The notes: generated from the sequence alone by a model not told the origin. A stretch of 64,000 nt of DNA from Vulcanimicrobiota bacterium (GCA_050250895.1 JBFWNU010000001.1:2596891-2660890); one strand, 5' to 3'; positions 45,811 through 55,856 are shown, counted from the first letter of the stretch. Program-made: numbers and translations.

Positions 45811-47325
45811 ATGGCAGCACCCGCCCGCAGACCAGCGCCCCGGCCCCCGGTAAGAAGCTCGGGCAACCGCAGCCGCGGACCCAGCCGACCCCCTGCCAAC
45901 AAGAGCCGCCCCAGCCGGCCGGCCAATCCCACCCCTGCCAACCAACCCGCCCGCCCCGCCAGCCCGGCGGCGCCGGCTAATCCGAATCCCGCCCCCAATC
46001 GGCCGGCTGCCACCGAGACTCCCAGCACCCACGGCCAGGCTGCCGCTGCCGGGATGGGCTCGGCTTATGCCGGCCTGCAGGCCAACCATCAACCCGCCCA
46101 GAACGGCCAGCCCGCTCAAGCCAACCAGAACAACCAGAATCAAGCCGCTGGCGAGAATGCGGCCGCCAACGGCCAGCCTAACAGCCTCAGTCTGGGCGGG
46201 CAGAACTATCAGCTCGGCTATGACCAACAGGGCCAGATGAATCAGGTCACCGGTCCCGACGGAGTCAGTTGGAACCGCAATCAGGACGGGACCTGGAAGG
46301 GCTCCAACGGCGAGACTCGCCAGTCGATGCAGCTCGACGACAAGAGTTTCTCCTACAGTACCAAGACCAGTTGGGGTCAAGAGAACCTCACCCGCTTCGA
46401 CCGCCAATCGGGCCAGAAGACCGAGTGGACCAAGGACCGCGGCGACGAGCAGTTCCATCGCGACATCCGCGGCGGCGAGCAGTATCTCTACAAGGATGGC
46501 TCGACCATCGACCGCGACGGCGCCGGGCGCATCACCGGCTTCAACGGTACCGGCGGAATGCTCCAAGAGATTGACAAGATCTCGAACATGACCGACCGCA
46601 CCATGCGCAATCTCAAGATCACCCAGATGTATAGCGACCTGTCCCGGATGATGGGCAAGACCATCCCCGGTGGGGGCGCCAACTGGAACACCTGGGCCTC
46701 GCACGCCTCCAACGAGGCCGGTTATGCCATCCGCGGCGAGCGCAACCCTTTCGGAGGCCGCGATTCCAGCACCATGGGCTTCCACGATGTCACCAAGGCG
46801 GCCATCGCACGCGGCAACAATCAGGTCTTCACCGAGATCGCCCCCGAGATGGTCAAGTTCATGGACACCGTCAACGGCATGGGCGGCAAGCCCGACGCCG
46901 GCAAGTTCAACCAGTTCCTCAACGGCATCGGCAACAAGCCCGTCCTCAAGAATGCCTTCACCGACTACTACAAGGCCAAGTTCGCTCCCGATACGGCCAG
47001 CCGCCGCCAGCACATGCTCGACGGCAACATCAAAGTGGGAATGCACGAGCAAATGCGTCTGGACCCGATGATCGACATGGCGATGCCCGATGTCGCCGGC
47101 ACTCCGGGCCGGGTGGCCATGACTCAGGGCATGAACATCAACCTGCCTCGCGAGAGCGTCAACCTCGGCTCGGCCGGTGACTGGTCCAACTTCAACAGCC
47201 GCATGAAAGTCATCGCCAACCTCTTCAGCAGCCGCCACATGGACCCCAGCGTGTTCGGCTCGCCTTTTAGCCGCGTCGAGAGTGCCGACATCATCAACGG
47301 TCACGTTCCCACTCGCTTCCAGTAG
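45811..47325 (+). CDS. Hypothetical protein: P/A/N-rich N-terminus, YD-like repeats, helical C-domain
   Basis: YDQQGQ/RDGAGRI repeats; RNLKITQMY...ANWNTWASHAS; strong codon bias. Confidence 0.75.
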   Translation: MAAPARRPAPRPPVRSSGNRSRGPSRPPANKSRPSRPANPTPANQPARPASPAAPANPNPAPNRPAATETPSTHGQAAAAGMGSAYAGLQANHQPAQNGQPAQANQNNQNQAAGENAAANGQPNSLSLGGQNYQLGYDQQGQMNQVTGPDGVSWNRNQDGTWKGSNGETRQSMQLDDKSFSYSTKTSWGQENLTRFDRQSGQKTEWTKDRGDEQFHRDIRGGEQYLYKDGSTIDRDGAGRITGFNGTGGMLQEIDKISNMTDRTMRNLKITQMYSDLSRMMGKTIPGGGANWNTWASHASNEAGYAIRGERNPFGGRDSSTMGFHDVTKAAIARGNNQVFTEIAPEMVKFMDTVNGMGGKPDAGKFNQFLNGIGNKPVLKNAFTDYYKAKFAPDTASRRQHMLDGNIKVGMHEQMRLDPMIDMAMPDVAGTPGRVAMTQGMNINLPRESVNLGSAGDWSNFNSRMKVIANLFSSRHMDPSVFGSPFSRVESADIINGHVPTRFQ

Positions 47326-47362
47326 AAGGCTCCGGCGGGATGGGTGGTGAAAGTCGTCCCCG

Positions 47363-48265
47363 ATGGGCGACGATCTTACCGAACATCTAGGCGCTGTTCC
47401 TTCGCTCGAGGGCTTGAAGAAAAGCCATCGGATGCATCTGGTGGTGATGACCGGGCCTGAGCGCGGAAGAGTTTTTCCGTTAGAACCCGGTCAGTTCATT
47501 CTGGGACGCTCTCCCGACCACTCCGACATCGTGTTGGAAGGGCGGGGCTTGAGCCGGGCTCACGCTCGTCTGATGGTCACCACCGGGTATGAACTGCTGC
47601 TCGAAGATCTGGGTTCGACCAATGGGTCGCGCATCAACGGCGAGCGCGTCGATCGCGGCAAGCTCAAGACGGGCGACAGTCTGGCCCTGGGTGAGGCGGT
47701 GGTGAAGGTCGAGTGGACCGACTCCGACGTGGCCGGCTTGATCGAAGAGCTACATCAAAGCTCCACCAGCGACGGTCTCACGGGACTTTGGAACCGGCGT
47801 AGTTTCGAACAGCGTCTGCGCCAGGAGTGGAACGCCGTGGGCCGCCAATCCAGCACCGCCGCCTGCGTGGCCCTGCTCGACATCGATCGCTTCAAGTCGA
47901 TCAATGACACCTATGGCCACGCGGCCGGCGACGCCGTGCTCAAGGGCCTGGCCAGGTTGCTCATGTCGTCATTGCGCGATGAAGACGTGGCCGCACGCTG
48001 GGGCGGCGAAGAGTTCATCTTGCTGCTTCGAGGGGCCGAACTGGCCGGGGCTGGCGTGCTGCTCGACCGCCTGCGCGAGACCATGGCCAGCCATCTATTC
48101 GAGGTGCCCACCCCCACAGGGTCGCTGACCATCCCGGTCACGGTCAGCGTGGGGGCAGCTTCGTTAAGTCCCCAACGCTCGCCTGAAGAAACCATTGCGG
48201 TGGCCGACGAGGCTCTCTATCGAGCCAAGACCACCGGCCGCAACCAGGTGTGCCTCGAGGTCTAG
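47363..48265 (+). CDS. FHA-GGDEF diguanylate cyclase
   Basis: ILGR, SRAH, STNG; RWGGEEF. Confidence 0.92.
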   Translation: MGDDLTEHLGAVPSLEGLKKSHRMHLVVMTGPERGRVFPLEPGQFILGRSPDHSDIVLEGRGLSRAHARLMVTTGYELLLEDLGSTNGSRINGERVDRGKLKTGDSLALGEAVVKVEWTDSDVAGLIEELHQSSTSDGLTGLWNRRSFEQRLRQEWNAVGRQSSTAACVALLDIDRFKSINDTYGHAAGDAVLKGLARLLMSSLRDEDVAARWGGEEFILLLRGAELAGAGVLLDRLRETMASHLFEVPTPTGSLTIPVTVSVGAASLSPQRSPEETIAVADEALYRAKTTGRNQVCLEV

Positions 48266-48789
48266 TCGCTGCTGTCGTGCAGTAGTAGCAGGGCGGCTCC
48301 GGCCCGCTCGCTGAATTCGATGCGGTCGGGATCGCTGCCGCGAACCTTGCCTACCGGAATGCCCAGCACATCTTTGACCGTGCCGTCGGCCGTTACCCGA
48401 CCGGCCGGTAGGAAGATCCCTTTGACGGCACCGTCTTCGCTGACGCTGCCCATGGGAAGGCCCAGCGGATCTTTGACCTGACCCGACTCGGTCAGGCGCC
48501 CGACGAAGAAGGGATTGCCGAACTCGTAGAAGCGACCTTGAGTGTCGACATGGCCTTCCTGAATCCCGATGAAGTCGGTCACGACAGTGTCGTTGGGGCC
48601 GGCGCAACCCGAGACGGCTGCGGCTCCGGCCAGGGCCAGGAGTCCCAGCCCGGCCATCTTCCAGCCGGAACGGTGGGAGCCCAGTTCGACGGTGTCTTGT
48701 GGGGTCGGCAACTCGGCGGGCTCGACCGAGGGCGCTTTGCTCGCGGCTCTCGGAGGGGCGGCGTGGGTGAGGCTATTGATACTCTGCAT
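48262..48789 (-). CDS. Hypothetical protein with N-terminal extension before a lipobox-like segment
   Basis: MQSINSL...PQDTVELG...LLALAGAAAVSGC; G-x-V-x-x-x-G-x-V-K-D repeats. Confidence 0.7.
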   Translation of the reverse strand: MQSINSLTHAAPPRAASKAPSVEPAELPTPQDTVELGSHRSGWKMAGLGLLALAGAAAVSGCAGPNDTVVTDFIGIQEGHVDTQGRFYEFGNPFFVGRLTESGQVKDPLGLPMGSVSEDGAVKGIFLPAGRVTADGTVKDVLGIPVGKVRGSDPDRIEFSERAGAALLLLHDSSD

Positions 48790-48832
48790 GGCACCAGTCT
48801 GCCTCACCGACCAGAAAATAGCCTGAAAGAGT

Positions 48833-49210
48833 CTAGAGTTCGACCTGCCAGTCGGGCCGACCCAGGTGCAGGCAGACCGCGTTAAAAACCAGGGCGTCAT
48901 CATCCAGGCCCAACATCGACTCGAGGTCCGGATCGGCATCGTCGCTTTCAACGAAATAATAGGCGGCTGCCTGGGCGTGAATGAGCATGGGGCCGGGGGC
49001 CTGACCCAGCATGCGCTTGAGGCCCTCGGTAAGGTCTTTGGCCAGCACGGTGTCGATGCGAGGATGGAGCGGCAGGGCTGCACGCAAGCGAAGGTGGTGA
49101 GCTTCAACCATTTGCGCCAGCGCCTCGCGTGAGAGCAGAGGGCGCTCGAGAAACTTGGCATACGCGTCCGCCGCCTCGGGCGGAAGCTCGATGGGCAGTT
49201 GGTCTTGCAT
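48833..49210 (-). CDS. DUF1232-like protein
   Basis: AAAYYFV..DD..PD....GLDDDALV. Confidence 0.65.
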   Translation of the reverse strand: MQDQLPIELPPEAADAYAKFLERPLLSREALAQMVEAHHLRLRAALPLHPRIDTVLAKDLTEGLKRMLGQAPGPMLIHAQAAAYYFVESDDADPDLESMLGLDDDALVFNAVCLHLGRPDWQVEL

Positions 49211-49258
49211 GCCCGCTAGAGTTCCACTCTGGCGGGGATACTCCCACCGGCCCGAAAT

Positions 49259-49286
49259 AAAAAAGCCCCGGCTTGCGCCGGGGCGT
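49259..49286 (-). terminator. Intrinsic terminator
   Basis: GCCCCGGC-GCAA-GCCGGGGC-TTTTTT on the minus strand. Confidence 0.8.
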
Positions 49287-49350
49287 TAGGTCCAACCATG
49301 CTCATCTCACTACCGAGAGGATACCGGTCCGACGTCACAAGCTCGTTAAA

Positions 49351-49677
49351 TCATTCAAGGGTCACGATCAGGTGGGGAGGGAACGAATAAGTGATCATCT
49401 CACCGTCTTCCTCGCCACCGTCCTGTTCCCACTTTTTGGCTCTAAAGAGACTTTCATCGTGGAGCTCTTTGCAACAGATGGCCACATCGCGTCGCTTCGC
49501 TTCGGTGATGGCCTTGAACAGGTGACAAATCACCCCAAATTCGATGATCCCCTCGGTGTCGGTGTATTTGCAAAAGCGTGGCTGTAGCACGCCTACCTTC
49601 ATCCGCTCGAGCAGCTCCCGAATGGTTTGCTTCATAGCTGGATCAGCGCGGCGCTTTTTCTTGGCTGGTTCAGGCAC
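49351..49677 (-). CDS. Hypothetical protein
   Basis: SD AAGGAG; 108 aa. Confidence 0.65.
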   Translation of the reverse strand: MPEPAKKKRRADPAMKQTIRELLERMKVGVLQPRFCKYTDTEGIIEFGVICHLFKAITEAKRRDVAICCKELHDESLFRAKKWEQDGGEEDGEMITYSFPPHLIVTLE

Positions 49678-49763
49678 CCGGGGGCGCTCCTTTCACTATC
49701 AATATCCCCCAAAGCCAAGATTTTTCGTGAGGGGCGGGTTTGTTCCTGGCGGAAAGGGTTTCC

Positions 49764-50045
49764 TTACAGCCAGATTCGAGCCAGCCAGAAGGCTGCCATC
49801 CCGGCCGCGATAGCAGCCCCCGCACTCTGGGTCTTCCAGGCTACCAGGCCAGTAACGAGTGCGGCCAGCCAGCGTGGGGGTTCGGGCTCGAGCAACATCG
49901 GGGCCACCAGGGCCGAAAGCACGGCCGGCGGGACATAGGGCAGGGCTGCGTTCAGCCAGCTCGGCAAGGCGCGGTCGCCCAGGCCGAGAAACGACCAGCG
50001 CAAGAGATAGGTCCCCACCGCCATGGCCAGGATCGTCACCTCCAT
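49764..50045 (-). CDS. azlD: Branched-chain amino acid exporter, small subunit
   Basis: MAVGTYLLR...YVPPAVLSAL. Confidence 0.85.
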   Translation of the reverse strand: MEVTILAMAVGTYLLRWSFLGLGDRALPSWLNAALPYVPPAVLSALVAPMLLEPEPPRWLAALVTGLVAWKTQSAGAAIAAGMAAFWLARIWL

Positions 50046-50704
50046 CGTTCGCCCGCCACACCCGCCGCCACTCCGGCCAGAGCCCCTAGCATCAATCCCA
50101 GCTTGAAAGGGAGCCCGGCCGCCAGCAGGGCCACCAGGGCGGCCACCAGCGCCGCCAGCAGGCGGGGCCGAGTGACCACGGTGGGCACCAGCAAGGCGAG
50201 AAACATCAAGGGGATCGCCATCTCAAGGTGCCACTCTGGCGGGACCACCCCGCCTAGACACACGCCCACCAGGTGGCTGAGTTGCCAGGTCGTCCACAGG
50301 GCTGTGGCGGCACCGAGGTAAAAACCCCGCCGGTCGAGTTGCGGGTCCTGGTCAAAACGAATCACGCACAAGGCGTAGCCCTGGTCCGTCAAGAGATAGG
50401 CCAGCCCTGCCCGCAGCCATACCGGTTGCTGTTCGAAATGGGGTGAGATCGACAGGCTATAGAGTAGAAACCGCAGATTGACGGTCCAGGCGGCCAGCAC
50501 CACCACGATGGCCGGCGTCGCCTTGGCTATCAAAGCGGTCGCCGCTAACTGCGAGGCCCCGGCGAACATCGACAACGACATGGCCGTGGCTTGCCAGGGC
50601 CCCATCACCCCGACCGCTGCTGCGCCAGCCACGGCGCCGAAGGGCACCACTCCGATCAAAATGGGGGCAATCCCGCGCACCCCGCTCCAGAAGGCCGTCC
50701 GCAT
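50036..50704 (-). CDS. azlC: Branched-chain amino acid exporter, large subunit
   Basis: FAGASQ, VNLRFLLYS, LTDQ. Confidence 0.9.
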   Translation of the reverse strand: MRTAFWSGVRGIAPILIGVVPFGAVAGAAAVGVMGPWQATAMSLSMFAGASQLAATALIAKATPAIVVVLAAWTVNLRFLLYSLSISPHFEQQPVWLRAGLAYLLTDQGYALCVIRFDQDPQLDRRGFYLGAATALWTTWQLSHLVGVCLGGVVPPEWHLEMAIPLMFLALLVPTVVTRPRLLAALVAALVALLAAGLPFKLGLMLGALAGVAAGVAGERWR

Positions 50705-50997
50705 GCCAGCCAGCCTAGCCGGGCTGGCAGAAATTTGCAAGTGGGTGCACCCACCCTCGCATACCCCTGGAACATCTCGATGGAGGCTCTCAAAGCGCGA
50801 CTCGTCTGGCATACTGTCTCTAGAGGCAGAAACGGGAAGCAAAACCGCTTCCGACAGGGCCTACATAGTAAGCTTGGAGAGACCCCGTCTCAGGCCGGCA
50901 CTGGCGGCGAAATGCGCCAGGCTACAGCTGGTCCAGATGGGTGGACCCTCCGATAGAAAGAAGCGGCTTCGTCGCGCGAGCAGCGACGGAGCTTCGC

Positions 50998-51390
50998 TCA
51001 TTTTAGGCGGGATTCGCTGGGGAAGTCTTTGGCCATCATGACCAGGCAGACCGCCACCATGGCCAGCAAATAGGATTTGGGCCCGCCCAACAGCGCCACG
51101 AGGAGGCCGTAGATAGCTCCTGACTCATAAAACGCCAGGGTCACGAGATGGGCTGCTTTGAAGGCCGCTATCGGGTCGGCGCCTCGGGCCAGGTTTTGGC
51201 GCATAAGACTACGGCGCAAGAAGTGGGAAGCCACCAGACCACCCAGATAAACCGAAGCCAGGCAGACCATAAAGACATGCAACTCGTAGGCCGACATATT
51301 GCTTTGTTCGGGACCCACGGCATAGCCCACCGCCAGGAAAACCAGTGGGCTGGCCATGAATACACTATGAACAACTCTGATTTCTCGCAT
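50998..51390 (-). CDS. Four-TM membrane protein
   Basis: Hydrophobic helices; start uncertain. Confidence 0.65.
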   Translation of the reverse strand: MREIRVVHSVFMASPLVFLAVGYAVGPEQSNMSAYELHVFMVCLASVYLGGLVASHFLRRSLMRQNLARGADPIAAFKAAHLVTLAFYESGAIYGLLVALLGGPKSYLLAMVAVCLVMMAKDFPSESRLK

Positions 51391-51517
51391 ACGATCTGTT
51401 TCGCGCAAGCAAGGAGAGTTCCCATCGTTCGAGCGAACTAGGCCGAAAGGCTTAGGTCGAACGGACGATCTTGGTGTCCTCTATTGTTCCCGATGAAGCG
51501 GCAGCCTATAATCCGGA

Positions 51518-52168
51518 GTGTCAATGAAAATAATGGATCGCATTCGGCGCAGCGTGTTTGAGCGCCGACCTGGAGAGTTCTTTACCGCCAAGGAGTTCCT
51601 CCAGTTGGGCAGTCGGGCGGCGGTCGATCAGACGCTGGCCCGCCTGGCGCGTGGTGGGCTGATCAAACGGGTGGCACGTGGCGTTTATATGCGCCCCCGC
51701 GTGCATCCGGCTCTCGACCCTGAGGTGGTCTCTCCTAACGATGTCCTGCGAGCCCTGGCCCAGACCAAAGGCGCCAGGATTCAACTCGGAGGAGGCGCGG
51801 CTGCCCATCTGCTGGGCTTGACCGAAACGATTCCCGAGAAGGTCGTCTATCTCACCGACGCCCCTTCGCGCACCTTGCAGGTGGGCACCGAGACCATCGA
51901 GCTGCGCCACGTCAGCGCTTCGACACTGGTGGGATGCGGTACCCTCGCGGGCGATGTGGTGCAAGCCATGCGCCACGTCGGTAAAGAAGGTTGCACCCGC
52001 GAGCGACTCGATCAGCTCAAAGACCGGCTGCCTCCCGACACCATCAAGGACCTGGTGGGGCTCATTCCCCGCATCGCCTCCTGGATGTCAGTCCCGATCA
52101 GCTATCTAGCCGGCGAGGACCGTCTCGATCCCAAGCCGCGGGGGCGGGCCAAAGCCCAGGCCGAATAG
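51518..52168 (+). CDS. AbiEi-like (DUF6088) type IV TA antitoxin
   Basis: GSRAAVDQTLARL...RVARGVY, GAAAHLLGLT, YLTDAPSR. Confidence 0.85.
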   Translation: MSMKIMDRIRRSVFERRPGEFFTAKEFLQLGSRAAVDQTLARLARGGLIKRVARGVYMRPRVHPALDPEVVSPNDVLRALAQTKGARIQLGGGAAAHLLGLTETIPEKVVYLTDAPSRTLQVGTETIELRHVSASTLVGCGTLAGDVVQAMRHVGKEGCTRERLDQLKDRLPPDTIKDLVGLIPRIASWMSVPISYLAGEDRLDPKPRGRAKAQAE

Positions 52169-52238
52169 ACTACCCACTCTGGGTCGGATTACTAACTAGC
52201 CAGGGTTACATTTTTCTCTTCTCCTGCCGATATTCCAT

Positions 52239-53393
52239 GTGATGGAATGGTTCGGGGGACGGGAGGAAAATCACTTGAACAAAGCCACTATCCTCATCGC
52301 CGATGACGAGGAATTTGCTCTCTTGCTGCTGGGTGACTTGCTTGGCCATCATGGTTACCTGGTCGAGACCGCCGGCGACGGCGAGGCGGCTCTGCAGAAG
52401 GCCCTGGCCCTGCGACCGGACGCCATCCTGCTCGACGTGATGATGCCCAAGCTCGATGGCTTCGAGGTGTGTGCGCGGCTCAAAGCGGCCCACTCGACTC
52501 GGGCCATTCCGGTGCTGCTGGTGACCGCCCTCAACCGGCAAGAATTTCGTAATCGGGGCATCGAGGCGGGCGCCGACGACTTTTTGAACAAGCCCTATGA
52601 CGCCACCGAAATTGCCCTGCGGGTGCGTAACGCGGTTCGCACCAAGCGATTGTTTGACGAGTCAGAGAGCAACTATCAGCGATTGGCGCGCCTCGAGCGC
52701 AGCCGCGACGAGCTCGTCCACATGCTAGTGCACGACCTGCGCAACCCGCTGGCCGCCGCTTCGCTGGCCAGCGAGATGCTCGACGACGAGCTCCGGGAGT
52801 TGCTGCTAGGCGACCAGACCGCCCTTCTTCAGGCAGTTCGCGACGGGCTGCGCGAGGTGACTGGTCTGGTCAATCAGATCCTGGAATACAGCCGACTCGA
52901 GTCCGAAACCCTGCCCGTCGAGCAGACGTCGGTGGACCTGCTCGAGTTGCTCGAACGTAACGCCGCCAACCGTTTGCTCTGCGAGCGGCGGGTGGTGCTC
53001 GACATGCCCCGGTCTGGGGTGCGAATCTGCAGTGATCCCGACCTGCTCAACCGGGTGCTCGAGAACCTGCTGAGCAACGCCGTCAAATACACCAAGCGCG
53101 GCGACGAGATCCGTCTCTCGCTCAAGCTCGACGGAAAGATCGTCCACCTGGTCGTCGAGGACACGGGTTGCGGCTTTGACCCGGCCCACGCCGAAGCCAT
53201 CTTCGACAAGTTCTTCCAGGTGGAAAGGCGCGGCCTGCCTGGAGCTAACGGCTCGTCGGGTCTGGGGCTGTCGTTTTGCAAACTGGCCATCGAGGCGCTG
53301 GGGGGGACCATTCGCGCCGAGAGCCAGCCCGGCCAGGGAAGCCGCTTCGAGGTGACCCTTCCCGGGGCGCAGTGCTCCCGAGCGGTGGCCTGA
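52239..53393 (+). CDS. Hybrid REC-histidine kinase
   Basis: ILIADD, LDVMMP, HDLRNPL, NAVKY, GLGL. Confidence 0.9.
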   Translation: MMEWFGGREENHLNKATILIADDEEFALLLLGDLLGHHGYLVETAGDGEAALQKALALRPDAILLDVMMPKLDGFEVCARLKAAHSTRAIPVLLVTALNRQEFRNRGIEAGADDFLNKPYDATEIALRVRNAVRTKRLFDESESNYQRLARLERSRDELVHMLVHDLRNPLAAASLASEMLDDELRELLLGDQTALLQAVRDGLREVTGLVNQILEYSRLESETLPVEQTSVDLLELLERNAANRLLCERRVVLDMPRSGVRICSDPDLLNRVLENLLSNAVKYTKRGDEIRLSLKLDGKIVHLVVEDTGCGFDPAHAEAIFDKFFQVERRGLPGANGSSGLGLSFCKLAIEALGGTIRAESQPGQGSRFEVTLPGAQCSRAVA

Positions 53394-53965
53394 TGAAAGC
53401 TCGCTGTCCGCTCAAGGGTGTCATCTTCACCGAGTTCCTGGGCCTGGTCGAACAAATCGGAGGTTTCGAACTTGGCGATGGCGTGATCACGGCCGCCGGC
53501 CTGGACGGCGCGTACACAGCCCTGGGAAACTATCCCTACGAAGAATTGGTGGCTCTGGTCGAGCAGCTTTCTCTGCGTCTGGGTCAGCCGGTAGCCGTCT
53601 TGCTGGAACAGTTCGGGCGCCACCTGTTCGGGCGCTTTCTACAACTTTATCCCGATCTATTTCGTGACCATCGGGATGCTTTCGCCCTACTGGCCCGGCT
53701 CGATGACACCATTCACGTCGAAGTTCGCAAGCTCTATCCTGAGGCTACACCTCCTCGCTTCGAGTGTCGCCTCGATGGAGACTCCATGGAATTGGTCTAC
53801 ACCTCGGTCCGACCCTTTGCCGACCTGGCCCGAGGGCTGCTCAACGCTTGCCTGGAGGGTTATGGCGAGGGAATCGAAGTGCACGAGCAGGACGCTCGCG
53901 GGGATCGCCGGCAGGTCCGCTTCGACTTAAGGAGGCAAGAACTTGTCCGAGTCACTCCTGCGTAG
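53393..53965 (+). CDS. Heme NO-binding (H-NOX) protein
   Basis: KGVIFTEF, IHVEVRKLYP (proximal His), YTSVR (YxSxR). Confidence 0.9.
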   Translation: MKARCPLKGVIFTEFLGLVEQIGGFELGDGVITAAGLDGAYTALGNYPYEELVALVEQLSLRLGQPVAVLLEQFGRHLFGRFLQLYPDLFRDHRDAFALLARLDDTIHVEVRKLYPEATPPRFECRLDGDSMELVYTSVRPFADLARGLLNACLEGYGEGIEVHEQDARGDRRQVRFDLRRQELVRVTPA

Positions 53966-54824
53966 TCTCGAGAGAGAGCGACGGGCTCGTCAGCAGGCCG
54001 AGAGCATCGCCGAGTCTCGGACTCGAGAGCTCTATGGGCTCAACTGCCGCCTCGAGCAATTAGTGGACGAGAAGACCATCCATCTGCGTCACGCCCTGGA
54101 GGTGGCCCGATCGGCCGACCAGACCAGATCCGCCTTTATCGCCCGCATCAGCCACGAGTTGCGGACTCCCCTGACGGCCATTCTGGGTTTCACCGAATTG
54201 ATGTTGGCCGGAGTGGTGGAACCCCTCGGCCCCCGTCAGCGCACTTATCTCGAGCAGATGCAAGCCCAGGGAAAGCGCCTTCAGAACTTGCTCGAGAACC
54301 TGCTGGACTTTGCCGAGGAGCAAGAGCTGGCGCCGACCTACGCACCCTTTCTTCCCTCTCGCCTGCTGGTCGGGGCGCGGGAGGTCTTCGCCAACTTGGC
54401 GGCCCAGCGTGGATTGGCCTTTGAACTGGTGCAACAGGGTGAGGACGGGCCCTTTCACGGCTCAGCCGAGACCCTGGAATTGGTGCTGCACGGCCTGCTG
54501 AGCAATGCCCTGCGGCTGACCCCGGTCGGGGGTAAGATCAAGGTCCAGGTGACCAGTTCCTCGGACCGTCTGCGAGTGTCGGTAACCGACACCGGACCCG
54601 GTCTGAGCCGCGAAGCCATGGGGCGGCTCTTCGAGTCTTTCCATCCCCTCGACTCATCCCTCTGTGCTGAAAGCCAGGGGGCTGGCCTGGGTCTGGCCCT
54701 GGCGCGTCAAAGGGTCGAAGCCCACGGGGGACAAGTCTGGGCCTGCAGTGACGGTCCCGGCAGCGGGGCGACTTTCGCCTTCGAGGTGCCGAGTGCAGCA
54801 TCCGGCCACTTCGCCCCACCCTGA
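53943..54824 (+). CDS. Histidine kinase
   Basis: SHELRTPL, DTGPG, GAGLGL. Confidence 0.9.
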   Translation: MSESLLRSLERERRARQQAESIAESRTRELYGLNCRLEQLVDEKTIHLRHALEVARSADQTRSAFIARISHELRTPLTAILGFTELMLAGVVEPLGPRQRTYLEQMQAQGKRLQNLLENLLDFAEEQELAPTYAPFLPSRLLVGAREVFANLAAQRGLAFELVQQGEDGPFHGSAETLELVLHGLLSNALRLTPVGGKIKVQVTSSSDRLRVSVTDTGPGLSREAMGRLFESFHPLDSSLCAESQGAGLGLALARQRVEAHGGQVWACSDGPGSGATFAFEVPSAASGHFAPP

Positions 54825-54902
54825 GGCGCCGAGCATCCCGAATCGCGGCGTCGCGCTTCGCTCTATTACAACCAGGTACTCATTGCTCAGACGCTCCTTG
54901 CA

Positions 54903-55856
54903 CTAGCTCCAGACCAGAGCCAGCGCAGCCTGAGCCGCAAAAACCCTGAGCACATCTCGCTCGAGGGGCGAGATGGAAGTCGTGCCGCTCTGTTCGGCAA
55001 ACAGGACGCCCAGTAAGCGGTCGCTGGAGCGGATGGGAATGGTGACCCACCAGGCCGTGTGTCCCTGGCGATGGAAACAACTGGGAACTGGATTGCCCAG
55101 TCCGGAAAGGGGCAGAGTGGCTCGTTCGAGCCGTGAGGTAAGCGGGCACCTGGTGCCCAGGCTAAAGGCCAGGGCTCCCTGGGCATTGCTCACGCGTAGA
55201 CCTTCGTCGTCCACCAGCGCCACGGCCAGGCCCTCGACCTCGATCTCTTGCCCCAGCCCCAGCAAGAGGTCGTGAAGAAATTCTTGATGGGGAACCGAAC
55301 CCACGATCCTGGCGGTAGCCTCGAGCACCCGGCGTTGGCTGCCCACCAGGCTGTGCAGATTGATTTCACGTTCGGCTACTCCGGCTAGATCGGCCAGCCA
55401 GGCCAGATATTCAGGGGTCACCGGGCGGGGCTCGGTGTCGATGACGCAATAGGTGCCGACCACGAACCCCTCGTTGGTGGAGAGAGGATGACCCATATAA
55501 AAGCGGATGTGAGGGGGACCGGTGACGTAGGGGTTGGTTCGAAACCGCTCGTCGAGACTGGCATCGGCGATAGTCAGGGTGCGACCCATCTCGACCACAT
55601 AGGTACAGAACGAGTTGGCTCGGGGCGATTCGCTGATGCCGGGCAACCCGCAGGCCGCCTTGAACCATTGCCGATCGGCATCCATCAAGGAGACGTAGCA
55701 AATGGGTGTGCCGAACAGGGCGGCCCCCAGCCGGCAGACCCGGTCAAAGCGCTCCTCGGTGTCGGTATCGAGAAGTTGGAGTTCTTCTAACGCCTGCAGA
55801 CGAGCTTCTTCGCGAGTCAGCATCGCCGTTTTTTCGAGCCGGTCGGCCCGATTCAT
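54903..55856 (-). CDS. Tandem GAF domain protein
   Basis: LLDT..EERFDR, RQWFK, NPYV...IRFY; no output domain. Confidence 0.85.
   Translation of the reverse strand: MNRADRLEKTAMLTREEARLQALEELQLLDTDTEERFDRVCRLGAALFGTPICYVSLMDADRQWFKAACGLPGISESPRANSFCTYVVEMGRTLTIADASLDERFRTNPYVTGPPHIRFYMGHPLSTNEGFVVGTYCVIDTEPRPVTPEYLAWLADLAGVAEREINLHSLVGSQRRVLEATARIVGSVPHQEFLHDLLLGLGQEIEVEGLAVALVDDEGLRVSNAQGALAFSLGTRCPLTSRLERATLPLSGLGNPVPSCFHRQGHTAWWVTIPIRSSDRLLGVLFAEQSGTTSISPLERDVLRVFAAQAALALVWS

Noticed and set aside
49287-49350. Small RNA or attenuator before the strong terminator
   Set aside because: No convincing promoter, leader peptide or recognisable fold; adequately explained as the 3' UTR of gene 49677
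50745-50997. Riboswitch or T-box upstream of azlC
   Set aside because: No recognisable aptamer or T-box motif, and azlC has its own proximal leaderless promoter downstream of this stretch
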